This document shows, in pieces, positions 30,227 through 39,821 of a stretch of 64,000 nt of DNA. This DNA is from Candidatus Latescibacterota bacterium (lineage in GTDB: Bacteria; Latescibacterota; UBA2968; UBA8231): contig OZ242005.1 of NCBI GenBank assembly GCA_965204725.1, positions 3,424,001-3,488,000 on the forward strand, read 5' to 3'. The notes beneath the pieces are model-generated. The model had not been told where the DNA came from. It did not search any database and was given only the letters and a program-made list of their open reading frames with translations. Every line of letters begins with the position of its first letter. Within the stretch, counting starts at the first letter, position 1. The translations under genes and the position numbers were made by a program.

Positions 30227-32700
30227 TATATACACTCCACCCTCAGATGATATTGGCATTTCAGATTTGGTATATAGTTCCACCCATCTTTACCTTCTAT
30301 TAGGCAGGAGGGCAGTGTCTTAGCAGAATTGGAAAACATTAGTCGTTGGTTATCTAAGTGGCCAAAATAGTAAGAATCAAAAGATCGAGTATTTCGTTTT
30401 ATGTATGTTTTTAATTTAAGATCTTCGACATTGTATTCGTTTATAGAAACTTCGCCGATAGCCATACTGAGAAATTCAACGGGTATCCAGCCTGATTCTT
30501 CTAGATAAATTTCGGCCCACGTGTGGCCTACCATAGGCTCGTCTATACTTCTGTATTCGTACACCTGTCCAGAAATTGGAAATCCCAACAAGGTTCCACA
30601 TCTCTCTCTAGCAGGAATACCGACCATTCTACACAGAGCTATAAAGGTTCTCGCAAAGTGAATACAATTGCCACCGATGTTATTCAGCAAAATAGCCGAA
30701 CTATCGGCCAGACCCACCGCAGGTATCTTAGTCTTCCTGAATTTTTTAGTTCTGATTAGTTTGCTGTAGAAGGCCCAAGCCAGTTCTTTTTTATCGCAAG
30801 GCGCGGATGCTTCGAGTATCTCGGAGAGCACTTGCTCCAGTTCTGGCAGTTTGTCTAAGACCTCGTCGGTATATAAATACTTCGACCTCTCCCAGTCCGA
30901 GAGGGTGTGTTCGCCTCTACCTTCAGCATTATACTCGCTGACTTCAAGTTCGCAAGTATATGAAAAATTTGCCGAATTTGATTTTACAGTGAAGGGATAT
31001 GCATAGAAGAATCCAAACTTGCTGCGTAAACAGTATTTCATATTCTCTGGGAAACAGTCGATTAGACTAACGGCCTTTTGGTCTTCTGTCTCCAAAGGAT
31101 ATGGTATAAAAGCTCTTAACTGGTGATCCGGTTTTTCAGTGAGATGTATGTCGTAGGAGTAGGTCATTTTATAACGCTGGGTATGAGATTTTGAACGTAT
31201 GTTACCTGTTTCATCTATATCGAAAAAGACACGTCGTCTTTGATCGCAGGCCTTGTATTCAGCCTCAAAAAATCGAGCCTCTCTTTCGTATAGCCAGTTC
31301 CAAGAGTCTATTCTATCGAAGAAATACTGATTGCCCTGTCGCCAGTGAGGTATCCCTTTTTTAATACCTTGCCTTAGCATTTCACGCAGCGATTCAATTG
31401 ATAGGGTGGAAGGAGTAGTACCGTCGAGTTGCTGTAAGAATTCATTTTCACCTACCAGAAATTTAGGATCGTAACGGAGTGCCGTATAACGGTTTAAAAA
31501 ATAATCATCCACCCAGTCTGCTACTACGTCTTTTTCACACCATCGCTTCAATAAATTGGCAATAGAATCCAACTGAATCTCCATTTTATCCCAGACATCT
31601 AGAGTTCTCCCTAGTATTTGTGTAATATTGTGATAATTAAATCTATCCGGATCTATTTTCAGACCTAAACTAACCGCTTCGAGTCTATCGAGATGGAGAT
31701 CCTGATCTAAAGTGGTTGCTATACCGATAGGCAAAACTCCATGAAGTAAAGCACTATATAGGGTCTCTATATCTAAATCTCCAATTATTATATGTATTCT
31801 TTCCCATGGCGGATCTCTATAGATTTCATCGACAAACTCTATGTGGCTTTCAGGTCGCTTTACTCCTCGGGTAGATTCTACTAGTAAGCGATAAGGGATC
31901 TCCATCCCGGATGTATTCTGTCTCAGTATATCTTCTTTTAGAAGATTTCTGGGATCTTTTATATAGACGACAGGAAATGACTTATCCTGTTTGCGAAGCA
32001 TCTTTCGTCTGCCTCTTTTTTTATTGGTGGTCGGCAATAGAGGCCCTATATAGTGGAACCCATCAGCACCGAAATCTAGCGTGGGATATAGTTCGGGTAT
32101 ATCGGCAATTAGATAGTACTTCTTCTTCTTCTTAATTTCGCAGGCTTTATTTTTTAAGTACTCTGCAAACGTGTCTCTTGATGATAAGACAGATAGAGTC
32201 TGAGGAGGAATACTATGTCCTATTCGGTCGTATCCTTGAATTATTTCAACTTCGTCAATCCCTTCCAAGTGTGCTGCAATTGAAGCCGTTGGTTTCAAGG
32301 AATGGATAATCAGATCAGGCTTATACATCTCAATCAAAGACCGTTCGGATTTTACGCAAGAGTCGATCCATTCAGTATCGCATGATCTATAGCCCGATAG
32401 CTCAATCTGGTCTCTGTGGATCTCTAGAGGCAGCGTTTTAACACTGCATATTTCTTCGCCTTTTTGGGAACACTGATCCACACAAGGCCCATCTCCTGCT
32501 AGCCGAACCTCATAGCCTCGACAGCGTAACTGTTGGGCGATCTCACAAGCTCGCCTAGTATGAACAGCACTACAGCCATGGAATAGGACCATAATAGATA
32601 ACGCGCTACGGTCTAATATATTGGTTTCCGATGCTCTTCTAAGATTACTGCTCCACCACAATAACCTTGAGACTAATTTTTCTCTGATAGATGTAATCAA
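30226..32700 (-). CDS. GT-B (GT1-like) glycosyltransferase fused to a transglutaminase-like domain
   Basis: N-terminal H.RR...IAQQL..RGYEV, PDLII and ALLHGV.....LDQ....RLE motifs; C-terminal GNCIHFARTFIALCRMVGIPAR, GHTWAEIY, GWIPVE and YYFGHLD. Confidence 0.8.
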   Translation of the reverse strand: MITSIREKLVSRLLWWSSNLRRASETNILDRSALSIMVLFHGCSAVHTRRACEIAQQLRCRGYEVRLAGDGPCVDQCSQKGEEICSVKTLPLEIHRDQIELSGYRSCDTEWIDSCVKSERSLIEMYKPDLIIHSLKPTASIAAHLEGIDEVEIIQGYDRIGHSIPPQTLSVLSSRDTFAEYLKNKACEIKKKKKYYLIADIPELYPTLDFGADGFHYIGPLLPTTNKKRGRRKMLRKQDKSFPVVYIKDPRNLLKEDILRQNTSGMEIPYRLLVESTRGVKRPESHIEFVDEIYRDPPWERIHIIIGDLDIETLYSALLHGVLPIGIATTLDQDLHLDRLEAVSLGLKIDPDRFNYHNITQILGRTLDVWDKMEIQLDSIANLLKRWCEKDVVADWVDDYFLNRYTALRYDPKFLVGENEFLQQLDGTTPSTLSIESLREMLRQGIKKGIPHWRQGNQYFFDRIDSWNWLYEREARFFEAEYKACDQRRRVFFDIDETGNIRSKSHTQRYKMTYSYDIHLTEKPDHQLRAFIPYPLETEDQKAVSLIDCFPENMKYCLRSKFGFFYAYPFTVKSNSANFSYTCELEVSEYNAEGRGEHTLSDWERSKYLYTDEVLDKLPELEQVLSEILEASAPCDKKELAWAFYSKLIRTKKFRKTKIPAVGLADSSAILLNNIGGNCIHFARTFIALCRMVGIPARERCGTLLGFPISGQVYEYRSIDEPMVGHTWAEIYLEESGWIPVEFLSMAIGEVSINEYNVEDLKLKTYIKRNTRSFDSYYFGHLDNQRLMFSNSAKTLPSCLIEGKDGWNYIPNLKCQYHLRVECI

Positions 32701-32983
32701 TTGAAATATACCTCTGGTTGGATGATCTGACTAGAATTGGTGAAGCACAGCTAAGCTTCAGCGGGAGTAAAAGCGAAAAGTGTGCCGAGAAGTGCGTCCA
32801 GATAAACTGAGCCGTCGCTGGTATTCTGCTAAGTTCTTGGAATCAAGCAAGTTAGGTAATTCATATTTTTTATTGCCGCAGTTTCCGCCCACCTAGTCAA
32901 TACGCCAAAGCGTATCACCTCTGAAACACTACCGTTCCCAAGCGTTACAAAAAGTCGCCGCCTTGGCCCCTGTCGATGATTGA

Positions 32984-33012
32984 TTGACAACTGCATTTAT
33001 GTTCACTATATT
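32984..33012 (+). promoter_or_regulatory. Sigma-70 promoter candidate for parE-parC
   Basis: TTGACA-17 nt-TATATT. Confidence 0.65.
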
Positions 33013-33145
33013 AGACAGACGGAGAAATTAGCAGCCGCACCCAAGAGAGCGACTTCCCTGCTTCTGTTTTCTCCGCATTTTAACTCCCACTGTCCGCCGG
33101 TCGCGTCCCTCCCCCCTAAACGCGGCGCGTTCTACATTACCTCTT

Positions 33146-34978
33146 ATGGAAGCAATGGCTAAGACTGCAACCAATGGCCACGCCAACGGCAAGGCCACGT
33201 ACGACGAAAGCAAGATCAAGACCCTCTCTTCACTCGAGCACATCCGCCTGCGGACCGGCATGTACATCGGTCGGATCGGCTCGGGTGCTGACCCCGACGA
33301 CGGCATCTATATATTGCTCAAGGAGGTCATCGACAACGCAGTCGATGAGTTCATCATGGGATGTGGCAAGCAGGTCGACGTCGAGATCGACGAGGGGCGG
33401 GTCAAGGTCCGCGACTACGGCCGCGGCATTCCCCTCGGCAAAGTCGTCGAGTGCGTCTCGGTCATCAACACCGGCGCCAAGTACAACGACGATGTCTTCC
33501 AGTTCAGCGTAGGGCTCAACGGCGTCGGCACCAAGGCTGTCAACGCGCTTTCGGCCCATTTCGTCGTGCGCTCCTACCGCGACGGCCGGTGCGCCGAAGT
33601 GCTCTTTGAGCGCGGCGAGCTAAAGAAGCAAAAGAAGAGCCGAGCACCCAACGAGCCCGACGGCACGTACGTCGAGTTTTTGCCCGATCCCGTCATCTTT
33701 GGCGAATGCGCCTTCAACCACGAATTCGTCGAGCGCCGGATGTGGAACTACGCCTGCCTCAACCGAGGCTTGCGCCTGTACTTCAACCGCCAAAAATTCG
33801 AGTCCAAACAGGGCCTTTTCGACCTTCTCAAAAGCGAGGCCGGCGACTCGGTGCTCTACCCGCCCGCATACTACAAGGGCCAGTACCTCGAGTTTGCCTT
33901 CACGCACGTCGATAGCTACGGCGAGTCCTACCGCTCCTTTGTCAACGGCCAATACACGGCCGACGGCGGCACCCACCAGAGCGCGTTCCGCGAGGGGGTG
34001 CTCAAGGGGGTCAACGAATTTTACAAGAAAACCTTCAACGGCGTTGATGTCCGCGACGGGGCCTTTGGCGTCGTCGCCGTCAAGGTCAAGGAGCCGGTCT
34101 TTGAGTCGCAGACCAAAAACAAGCTGGGCAATACCGACGTCCGCAGTTGGATCGTCAACCAGACCCGCGAAGCCATCGTCGATTTCCTCCACAAAAATCG
34201 GGAGACCGCGCAAAAGCTCGAAGCGCGCATTATCCACAACGAGAAGTTGCGGAAGGAGCTGAACGCGGTTAAAAAGGAAGCCAAGGAGGCGGCGCGGCGC
34301 ATCGAGATCAAAATTCCCCAGCTCAAGGACTGCAAGTTTCACAAAGGCGACAAGAAGCGCGGCGAGGAGTCCATGATCTTCATCGCCGAGGGTCAATCGG
34401 CGGCTGGCTCCATCGTCTCCTCACGCGACCCGGAGACCCAAGCCATCTTCACGCTCAAGGGCAAGCCGCAAAACCTCTGCGGCAAGACCCGCGCCTCCAT
34501 CTACAAAAACGAAGAGCTATACAACATGATGATGGCACTGGGCATTGAAGAGGACGTGGAAAATCTGCGCTACGACCACGTCGTCTTGGCTACAGACGCC
34601 GATGAAGACGGCTTCCACATCCGCACCTTGCTCATGACTTTCTTCCTCACGTACTTCGAGGAGCTGGTCACCAGCGGCCACCTCTACATTTTGGAGACTC
34701 CGCTCTTCCGGGTCCGCAACAGGCGACAGACCCTCTATTGCTACGACCAGCGCGAGCGCGAGCGCGCCGAGGGCCGGCTCAAGGGCAACATCGAGGTCAC
34801 TCGCTTCAAGGGCTTGGGCGAAATCTCCCCCAAAGAATTCGGGCAATTTATCAACGGCGACATGCGCTTGGTCAAGGTCGCCGTGCGCTCGCTAGACACC
34901 GTGCCGCAGACCCTCTCCTTTTACATGGGCAGAAATACCCCGGAACGCCGCGACTACATCATGGAGCACTTAGTCTAA
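33146..34978 (+). CDS. parE: DNA topoisomerase IV subunit B
   Basis: EVIDNAVDE, DYGRGIP, GLNGVG, EGQSA, DADEDG, RFKGLGE; start could be 33155. Confidence 0.9.
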   Translation: MEAMAKTATNGHANGKATYDESKIKTLSSLEHIRLRTGMYIGRIGSGADPDDGIYILLKEVIDNAVDEFIMGCGKQVDVEIDEGRVKVRDYGRGIPLGKVVECVSVINTGAKYNDDVFQFSVGLNGVGTKAVNALSAHFVVRSYRDGRCAEVLFERGELKKQKKSRAPNEPDGTYVEFLPDPVIFGECAFNHEFVERRMWNYACLNRGLRLYFNRQKFESKQGLFDLLKSEAGDSVLYPPAYYKGQYLEFAFTHVDSYGESYRSFVNGQYTADGGTHQSAFREGVLKGVNEFYKKTFNGVDVRDGAFGVVAVKVKEPVFESQTKNKLGNTDVRSWIVNQTREAIVDFLHKNRETAQKLEARIIHNEKLRKELNAVKKEAKEAARRIEIKIPQLKDCKFHKGDKKRGEESMIFIAEGQSAAGSIVSSRDPETQAIFTLKGKPQNLCGKTRASIYKNEELYNMMMALGIEEDVENLRYDHVVLATDADEDGFHIRTLLMTFFLTYFEELVTSGHLYILETPLFRVRNRRQTLYCYDQRERERAEGRLKGNIEVTRFKGLGEISPKEFGQFINGDMRLVKVAVRSLDTVPQTLSFYMGRNTPERRDYIMEHLV

Positions 34979-36867
34979 TGGCCTATATAGACCACTTATA
35001 TGAGAGCTACTTCCTCAAATACGCCTCGTACTACATCAAGGATCGCGCCATCCCGCACCTCGACGACGGGTTAAAGCCCGTCCAACGGCGCATCCTCTAC
35101 GCGCTACAGCAGATTGACGACGGCAAATTCCACAAGGTCGCCAATGTAGTCGGCCAAACCATGCAGTATCACCCGCACGGCGATCAGTCGATCTACGGCG
35201 CCTTAGTCGTCCTCGCCAACAAGGACCTTTTCATTGAGAAACAGGGCAATTTCGGCAACATCTACACGGGCGACGAAGCCGCTGCGGCGCGCTATATCGA
35301 GTGCCGCCTCACGCCCTTGGCTAAGGAAGCCCTCTTCAACAAATCGCTTACTCCATACGTCCCCTCTTACGACGGGCGCAACGAAGAGCCCGTGGTTTTT
35401 CCCGCCAAGCTCCCGGTGCTCCTCGCCCAAGGGGCCGAGGGCATTGCCGTCGGCATGGCCACCAAAATTCTGCCGCACAACCTCGTCGAGCTCCTACAAG
35501 CCCAAGTCGCGTACCTCCAAGACCAGCCCTTTGCCATTCGCCCGGATTTTCCCACCGGCGGGCTTGCCGACCTTTCGGAGTACAACGACGGCAACGGCAA
35601 GGTCTTAGTCCGCGCCCAGCTCGACGCTTCCGACCCCAAGCGCATCCTCATCCGCGAGATTCCCTTCGGCACCACCACCGAACAGCTCATCGCTTCCATC
35701 GAAGACGCAGCGCGCAAAAACAAAATCAAGATCGGTGCCATCAGCGACTACACGGCCGAAGAGGTTGAGATCGAGATCAAGCTGCCGCGCGGCACGTACA
35801 CCGAAGAGATCGTAGATGCGCTCTACGCCTTCACGGACTGCGAACTGTCGATTTCGACCCACCTGATGCTGATCAACCAGCAGGACAAGCCTCAAGCCAT
35901 GAGCGCGACCGAAGTCTTGCAGCACAACGTCGATCGCCTCGTCGATATCCTCAAGGCCGAGCTGCACCTCGAATCCGACCAACTCAACGACCGGCTCCAC
36001 GCCCGGACCTTGGAGCAAATTTTCATTGCCAACCGCGTGTACGAGGCCATTGAGGGCGAGGACTCCCCCAAGCAGGTTGCCACGGCCGTGCGGACGGGGC
36101 TTGCGCCGTTTGCCACCCAAATCAAACGCGCCGTCACGGCCGACGACATCGACGCCTTGCTCGCCATACCAATCCGCCGCATCTCGCTCTACGACACCAA
36201 CCGCGCCCAAAAGGAAATGGCCCAAATCCGCGGCCGGCTGCGCGAGATCAAGGGCCATTTAGACGGCATCATCCCCTACGCCATTTCCTTTCTCCAAGAC
36301 CTCATTAGCCGCTACCGCAGCCAGTTCCCGCGCCGCACCAAAATCGTCGAGCTCAAACGAGTCGATGCGCGCTCGGCTGCCAACCGCAACCTCAAACTCC
36401 GCTACGACAAAAAGACCGGCTATCTCGGCCATCAAATCAACGGCGCGGCCCTGTTCGACGTATCGCTCTACGACAAAGTACTCGCCATCCGCAAGGACGG
36501 CTCGTACTCGGTTGTCCACGCGCCGGACAAACTTTTCGTCGGTACAGGCTTGCTCCACTGCGGCTTGGTAGATAAGGACCTAATTTTCAGCATCATCTAT
36601 AAAGACAAGGCCGGTGCCTCCTACATCAAGCGCTGCACAATCGACAAATTCATCTTAGGTCGCAGCTATGAGCTCGTACCTGCCGAGTGCAAGGTGCTTA
36701 AGCTGACTACCGACTCCGACAAAAAGATCGCCCTCAACTACAAGCCCAAGCCGCGCCTCCGCAAGCTCGACGAGGTCTTCTCCATCGGCCAATATCCCGT
36801 GCGTGGACACCGTGCCGGCGGCATTCGCCTGACGACCAAGGAACTAGCCGGGTGTAAGCTGGTGTGA
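34978..36867 (+). CDS. parC: DNA topoisomerase IV subunit A
   Basis: TAATG coupling; DGLKPVQRR, YHPHGD, AAARY; short C-terminal domain with no GyrA box seen. Confidence 0.9.
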   Translation: MAYIDHLYESYFLKYASYYIKDRAIPHLDDGLKPVQRRILYALQQIDDGKFHKVANVVGQTMQYHPHGDQSIYGALVVLANKDLFIEKQGNFGNIYTGDEAAAARYIECRLTPLAKEALFNKSLTPYVPSYDGRNEEPVVFPAKLPVLLAQGAEGIAVGMATKILPHNLVELLQAQVAYLQDQPFAIRPDFPTGGLADLSEYNDGNGKVLVRAQLDASDPKRILIREIPFGTTTEQLIASIEDAARKNKIKIGAISDYTAEEVEIEIKLPRGTYTEEIVDALYAFTDCELSISTHLMLINQQDKPQAMSATEVLQHNVDRLVDILKAELHLESDQLNDRLHARTLEQIFIANRVYEAIEGEDSPKQVATAVRTGLAPFATQIKRAVTADDIDALLAIPIRRISLYDTNRAQKEMAQIRGRLREIKGHLDGIIPYAISFLQDLISRYRSQFPRRTKIVELKRVDARSAANRNLKLRYDKKTGYLGHQINGAALFDVSLYDKVLAIRKDGSYSVVHAPDKLFVGTGLLHCGLVDKDLIFSIIYKDKAGASYIKRCTIDKFILGRSYELVPAECKVLKLTTDSDKKIALNYKPKPRLRKLDEVFSIGQYPVRGHRAGGIRLTTKELAGCKLV

Positions 36868-36967
36868 GCGGCACTCAGCCGCTGCACTAGTTCATATTTT
36901 TACGCTGTTAGATATTTGGCTATATTACCAGTAGTCAGGCTGTTATCGACCCTACTTTTGCCTGAAA

Positions 36968-38014
36968 ATGGAGAACTTGACAGTGCCTAATCCTAAAACA
37001 GTAGAGGAACTGCAGGAGAAAGCTGCAATTTATTGGCCATCTGAAATCGCCAAGCAAGAGAAGAGTTCTAGTATTATTCCATTGCTCCTTAAAACACAAG
37101 ACAGTTTTATAAGCGTACTCCATCTTGCATCTAAAGACCCTTATGATTGGACTAAAATTTTAGATTTTGTTGAAGATCTCTATCCAAACCTTTTTCTAAA
37201 ACATCTTTGTATTTTATCCGACATCGGCGGAGAAAACTTAAAACGCTTTGCAGCAGACCTTCCGAATAAATTTAAGTGTGAGGATTTCAGATTTAACTTT
37301 CGTGGCAAAAATTACGATTCTAAGATGGAATCTCTTTTTTCTGGCAAGAAATGGAGTAATTCCAGCCTAGGACTTGATGGAGAAGGTCTCCAAAGACGTT
37401 TTGGCCTTACAGACGCCATTATTGATGTAAGTACCCTGATATTATTTGGCAGTTTGTCAACTAATGACTTCTTGCCAGAAGAAGTCGAAGATAAATGTAT
37501 TATCGGTTCAATGCTCGGCGACAGGTCGAGATTGGAAAAATACATTAAAGAACGATATATTTGGGTCAGTCGAATTACTGGAGGAGCAACGTCCAATAGA
37601 ATGGGACATCTCGCTCAGAATTATGTAAAAGAGCGATTGGCCCAATATCTCCCAAGTTGGAATTTTTCACAAACTACGATTCCAGGCGTCAGTCAAAATG
37701 AGGGTAGAACAGATATAAAATTTGACATCGTAGGAAAAAGCCCTAGTGGTAATTATTGGGGAATTGAAGTAAGTTTCCAATTTACGACAAACAGTGTAGT
37801 AGAAAGAAAAGCCAAACTTGCCCCTGATAGACAAAGGCTTCTTCGTGAAAAAGGGCATAAAATTGCGTATGTAGTTGATGGTGCCGGTAATTTTGAACGT
37901 CGATCTTTTGTGAAGGACCTAATCGACTACAGCGACTGTATTATCAACTTTAGCGACAACGATATTAGACGTCTTGCAGAAACTATGGAAGGAGACGATG
38001 AAAATGGCTCATAG
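36968..38014 (+). CDS. Type II restriction endonuclease, BanI/HgiCI-like
   Basis: NLFLKHL, ERYIWVSRITGGA, FD...IEVSFQFTTNSVVERK and AYVVDGAGNF resemble R.BanI as I recall it; AT-rich; overlaps a methyltransferase gene. Confidence 0.8.
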   Translation: MENLTVPNPKTVEELQEKAAIYWPSEIAKQEKSSSIIPLLLKTQDSFISVLHLASKDPYDWTKILDFVEDLYPNLFLKHLCILSDIGGENLKRFAADLPNKFKCEDFRFNFRGKNYDSKMESLFSGKKWSNSSLGLDGEGLQRRFGLTDAIIDVSTLILFGSLSTNDFLPEEVEDKCIIGSMLGDRSRLEKYIKERYIWVSRITGGATSNRMGHLAQNYVKERLAQYLPSWNFSQTTIPGVSQNEGRTDIKFDIVGKSPSGNYWGIEVSFQFTTNSVVERKAKLAPDRQRLLREKGHKIAYVVDGAGNFERRSFVKDLIDYSDCIINFSDNDIRRLAETMEGDDENGS

Positions 38015-39758
38015 GAGTGAAAACTGCAAACCTCTAGATATATCAACAAGGGCATTTGCAGATTTTCAAAAATTATCGTCAAAGTCATCACGTCCAGATG
38101 TATGGCTTTTCCATTTGACTACAGAAGTCGATTTCGACGATAAAGTTTCTATGGAATTTTTTAATCAAGATTTTGACGGTTTTCTTGAAAAATTGCCTGA
38201 AGAAAGTACAATTTGTTTTTTAACAAACCCTCACACAGCTTGCTATGTAATAGAAAAACTTCAGAACCGCGTCAATTTCAAACTTTGGATTGCTGTCAAA
38301 CGGAAGAAAAAGATACTGAGATTGGACGCTTTACCAGATGACCATATTGCTCTTTTAGTTTTTACCCGTTACAAAGATTCTTTAAGACACAACAAGACTC
38401 AAATAGAATATACGTACTGTCCTGCCTGCAAGAAAACAACAAAGGACTACGGCGGCAAGAAACATATTTATAGCCCCTATGGGACGCTTATGTCTGATAT
38501 TTGGCGAGACATTTCTTATGATAATGACGCAGCACCAAGAGCTATTCTGAGTAGGCTAAAGGACCTCTTTGGACACGAACCTTATCGCGAACTGATTTAC
38601 TGCGATGTCAGGAACTTTCTTACATGTTCCAACAAGAGAAAATTCCACTCTTCAAATGGAATAATTAATAACCCCGGCGAGAGTCGTTTACTTAATGGAG
38701 ATTGTTTAGATGTCATTAAAACTATACCTGAAAATTCTGTAGATTTTATTTTTGCTGATCCTCCATATAATATAAAAAAGAAATATGATAACTGGAATGA
38801 CGCCCAAGATATTAGTAATTACTTTTCATGGTGTGACCAATGGATAGCTGAATCAGCTAGAGTCTTAAAGCCCGGTCGGACTTTTGCAATTATAAATATC
38901 CCCCTCTGGATCGTCAGGCATTTTTCGTTCGCGAAAAGCATTTTAGACTACCAAGATTGGATAGTTTGGGAGGGATTGAGCTTACCCGTCAGAAAAATTA
39001 TGCCGGCACACTACGGAATAATTTGCTTTAGTAAAGGTCGGCCAATCGAAATTGCCAATCACGAGAAGAAAGCCAGTTGGACAACTCCCCAAGACTTCAT
39101 GAGCCTCAAACCATGGTATTGTGTTAGAACCTCTTGTATCAAGAAGAGAAATATAAACAAAATTACCGACCGGCAGCCGATTGGAAATTTGTGGTGGGAC
39201 ATCCATAGACTAAAACACAATTCAAAAAGAGTTGATCACCCATGTCAACTACCTCCATCATTGATGAGACGACTTATCCATACCTTTACCAAAGTAGGAG
39301 ATCTCGTTTTAGATCCTTTTAATGGTGCCGGTACAACAACCTTAACATCGGAAATGCTTGGAAGAAAATTTATTGGAATTGAACTGTCAAATAAATATCA
39401 TGCAATTGCCGAACAGAGACATTTAGAGCTGCAAAAAGGGAGGGATCCGTTTGCAAAAAATGGCACTACTCCAAAAGCAAAGAATAGCAGAGTTGCAAGA
39501 CTACAAAAACAGAAGTATGAAGTACCCAAAAAAACACTACAGATCGAAGTCAAGAAGATCGCGATCAAACTGGAACGCAGGCCCACTAGAGAAGATATTA
39601 TTAGACTCAGCAAATACCCAATTCGTTATTTTGACGAATACTTCATCGACTGGGGAGAGGTGTGTAGTGCCGTTGGCGACAAAGGAATGACTGAAAACTT
39701 CTCTCAATCCATTAGCAATCAACCAGATGATCAACAGATGGAACTCTCTTTTAGATAG
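38004..39758 (+). CDS. Beta-class N4/N6 DNA methyltransferase with N- and C-terminal extra domains
   Basis: FADPPYN (motif IV) precedes HPCQLP and VLDPFNGAGTT (motif I). Confidence 0.9.
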   Translation: MAHRSENCKPLDISTRAFADFQKLSSKSSRPDVWLFHLTTEVDFDDKVSMEFFNQDFDGFLEKLPEESTICFLTNPHTACYVIEKLQNRVNFKLWIAVKRKKKILRLDALPDDHIALLVFTRYKDSLRHNKTQIEYTYCPACKKTTKDYGGKKHIYSPYGTLMSDIWRDISYDNDAAPRAILSRLKDLFGHEPYRELIYCDVRNFLTCSNKRKFHSSNGIINNPGESRLLNGDCLDVIKTIPENSVDFIFADPPYNIKKKYDNWNDAQDISNYFSWCDQWIAESARVLKPGRTFAIINIPLWIVRHFSFAKSILDYQDWIVWEGLSLPVRKIMPAHYGIICFSKGRPIEIANHEKKASWTTPQDFMSLKPWYCVRTSCIKKRNINKITDRQPIGNLWWDIHRLKHNSKRVDHPCQLPPSLMRRLIHTFTKVGDLVLDPFNGAGTTTLTSEMLGRKFIGIELSNKYHAIAEQRHLELQKGRDPFAKNGTTPKAKNSRVARLQKQKYEVPKKTLQIEVKKIAIKLERRPTREDIIRLSKYPIRYFDEYFIDWGEVCSAVGDKGMTENFSQSISNQPDDQQMELSFR

Positions 39759-39821
39759 GGCTACACGGCCAGCCATTCTCCTTCTCGCCAGAAGGCAAGC
39801 GCATCAGAAAGGATCGACTCC

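Noticed and set aside
34738-34977. 80-aa N-terminal extension of ParC in the ORF track
   Set aside because: It overlaps parE; the TAATG-coupled ATG at 34978 gives a normal N-terminus.
33146-36867. DNA gyrase, or a self-resistance topoisomerase for the adjacent RiPP cluster
   Set aside because: The sequences look like ordinary topoisomerase IV with backbone composition and their own promoter; adjacency alone is not evidence.
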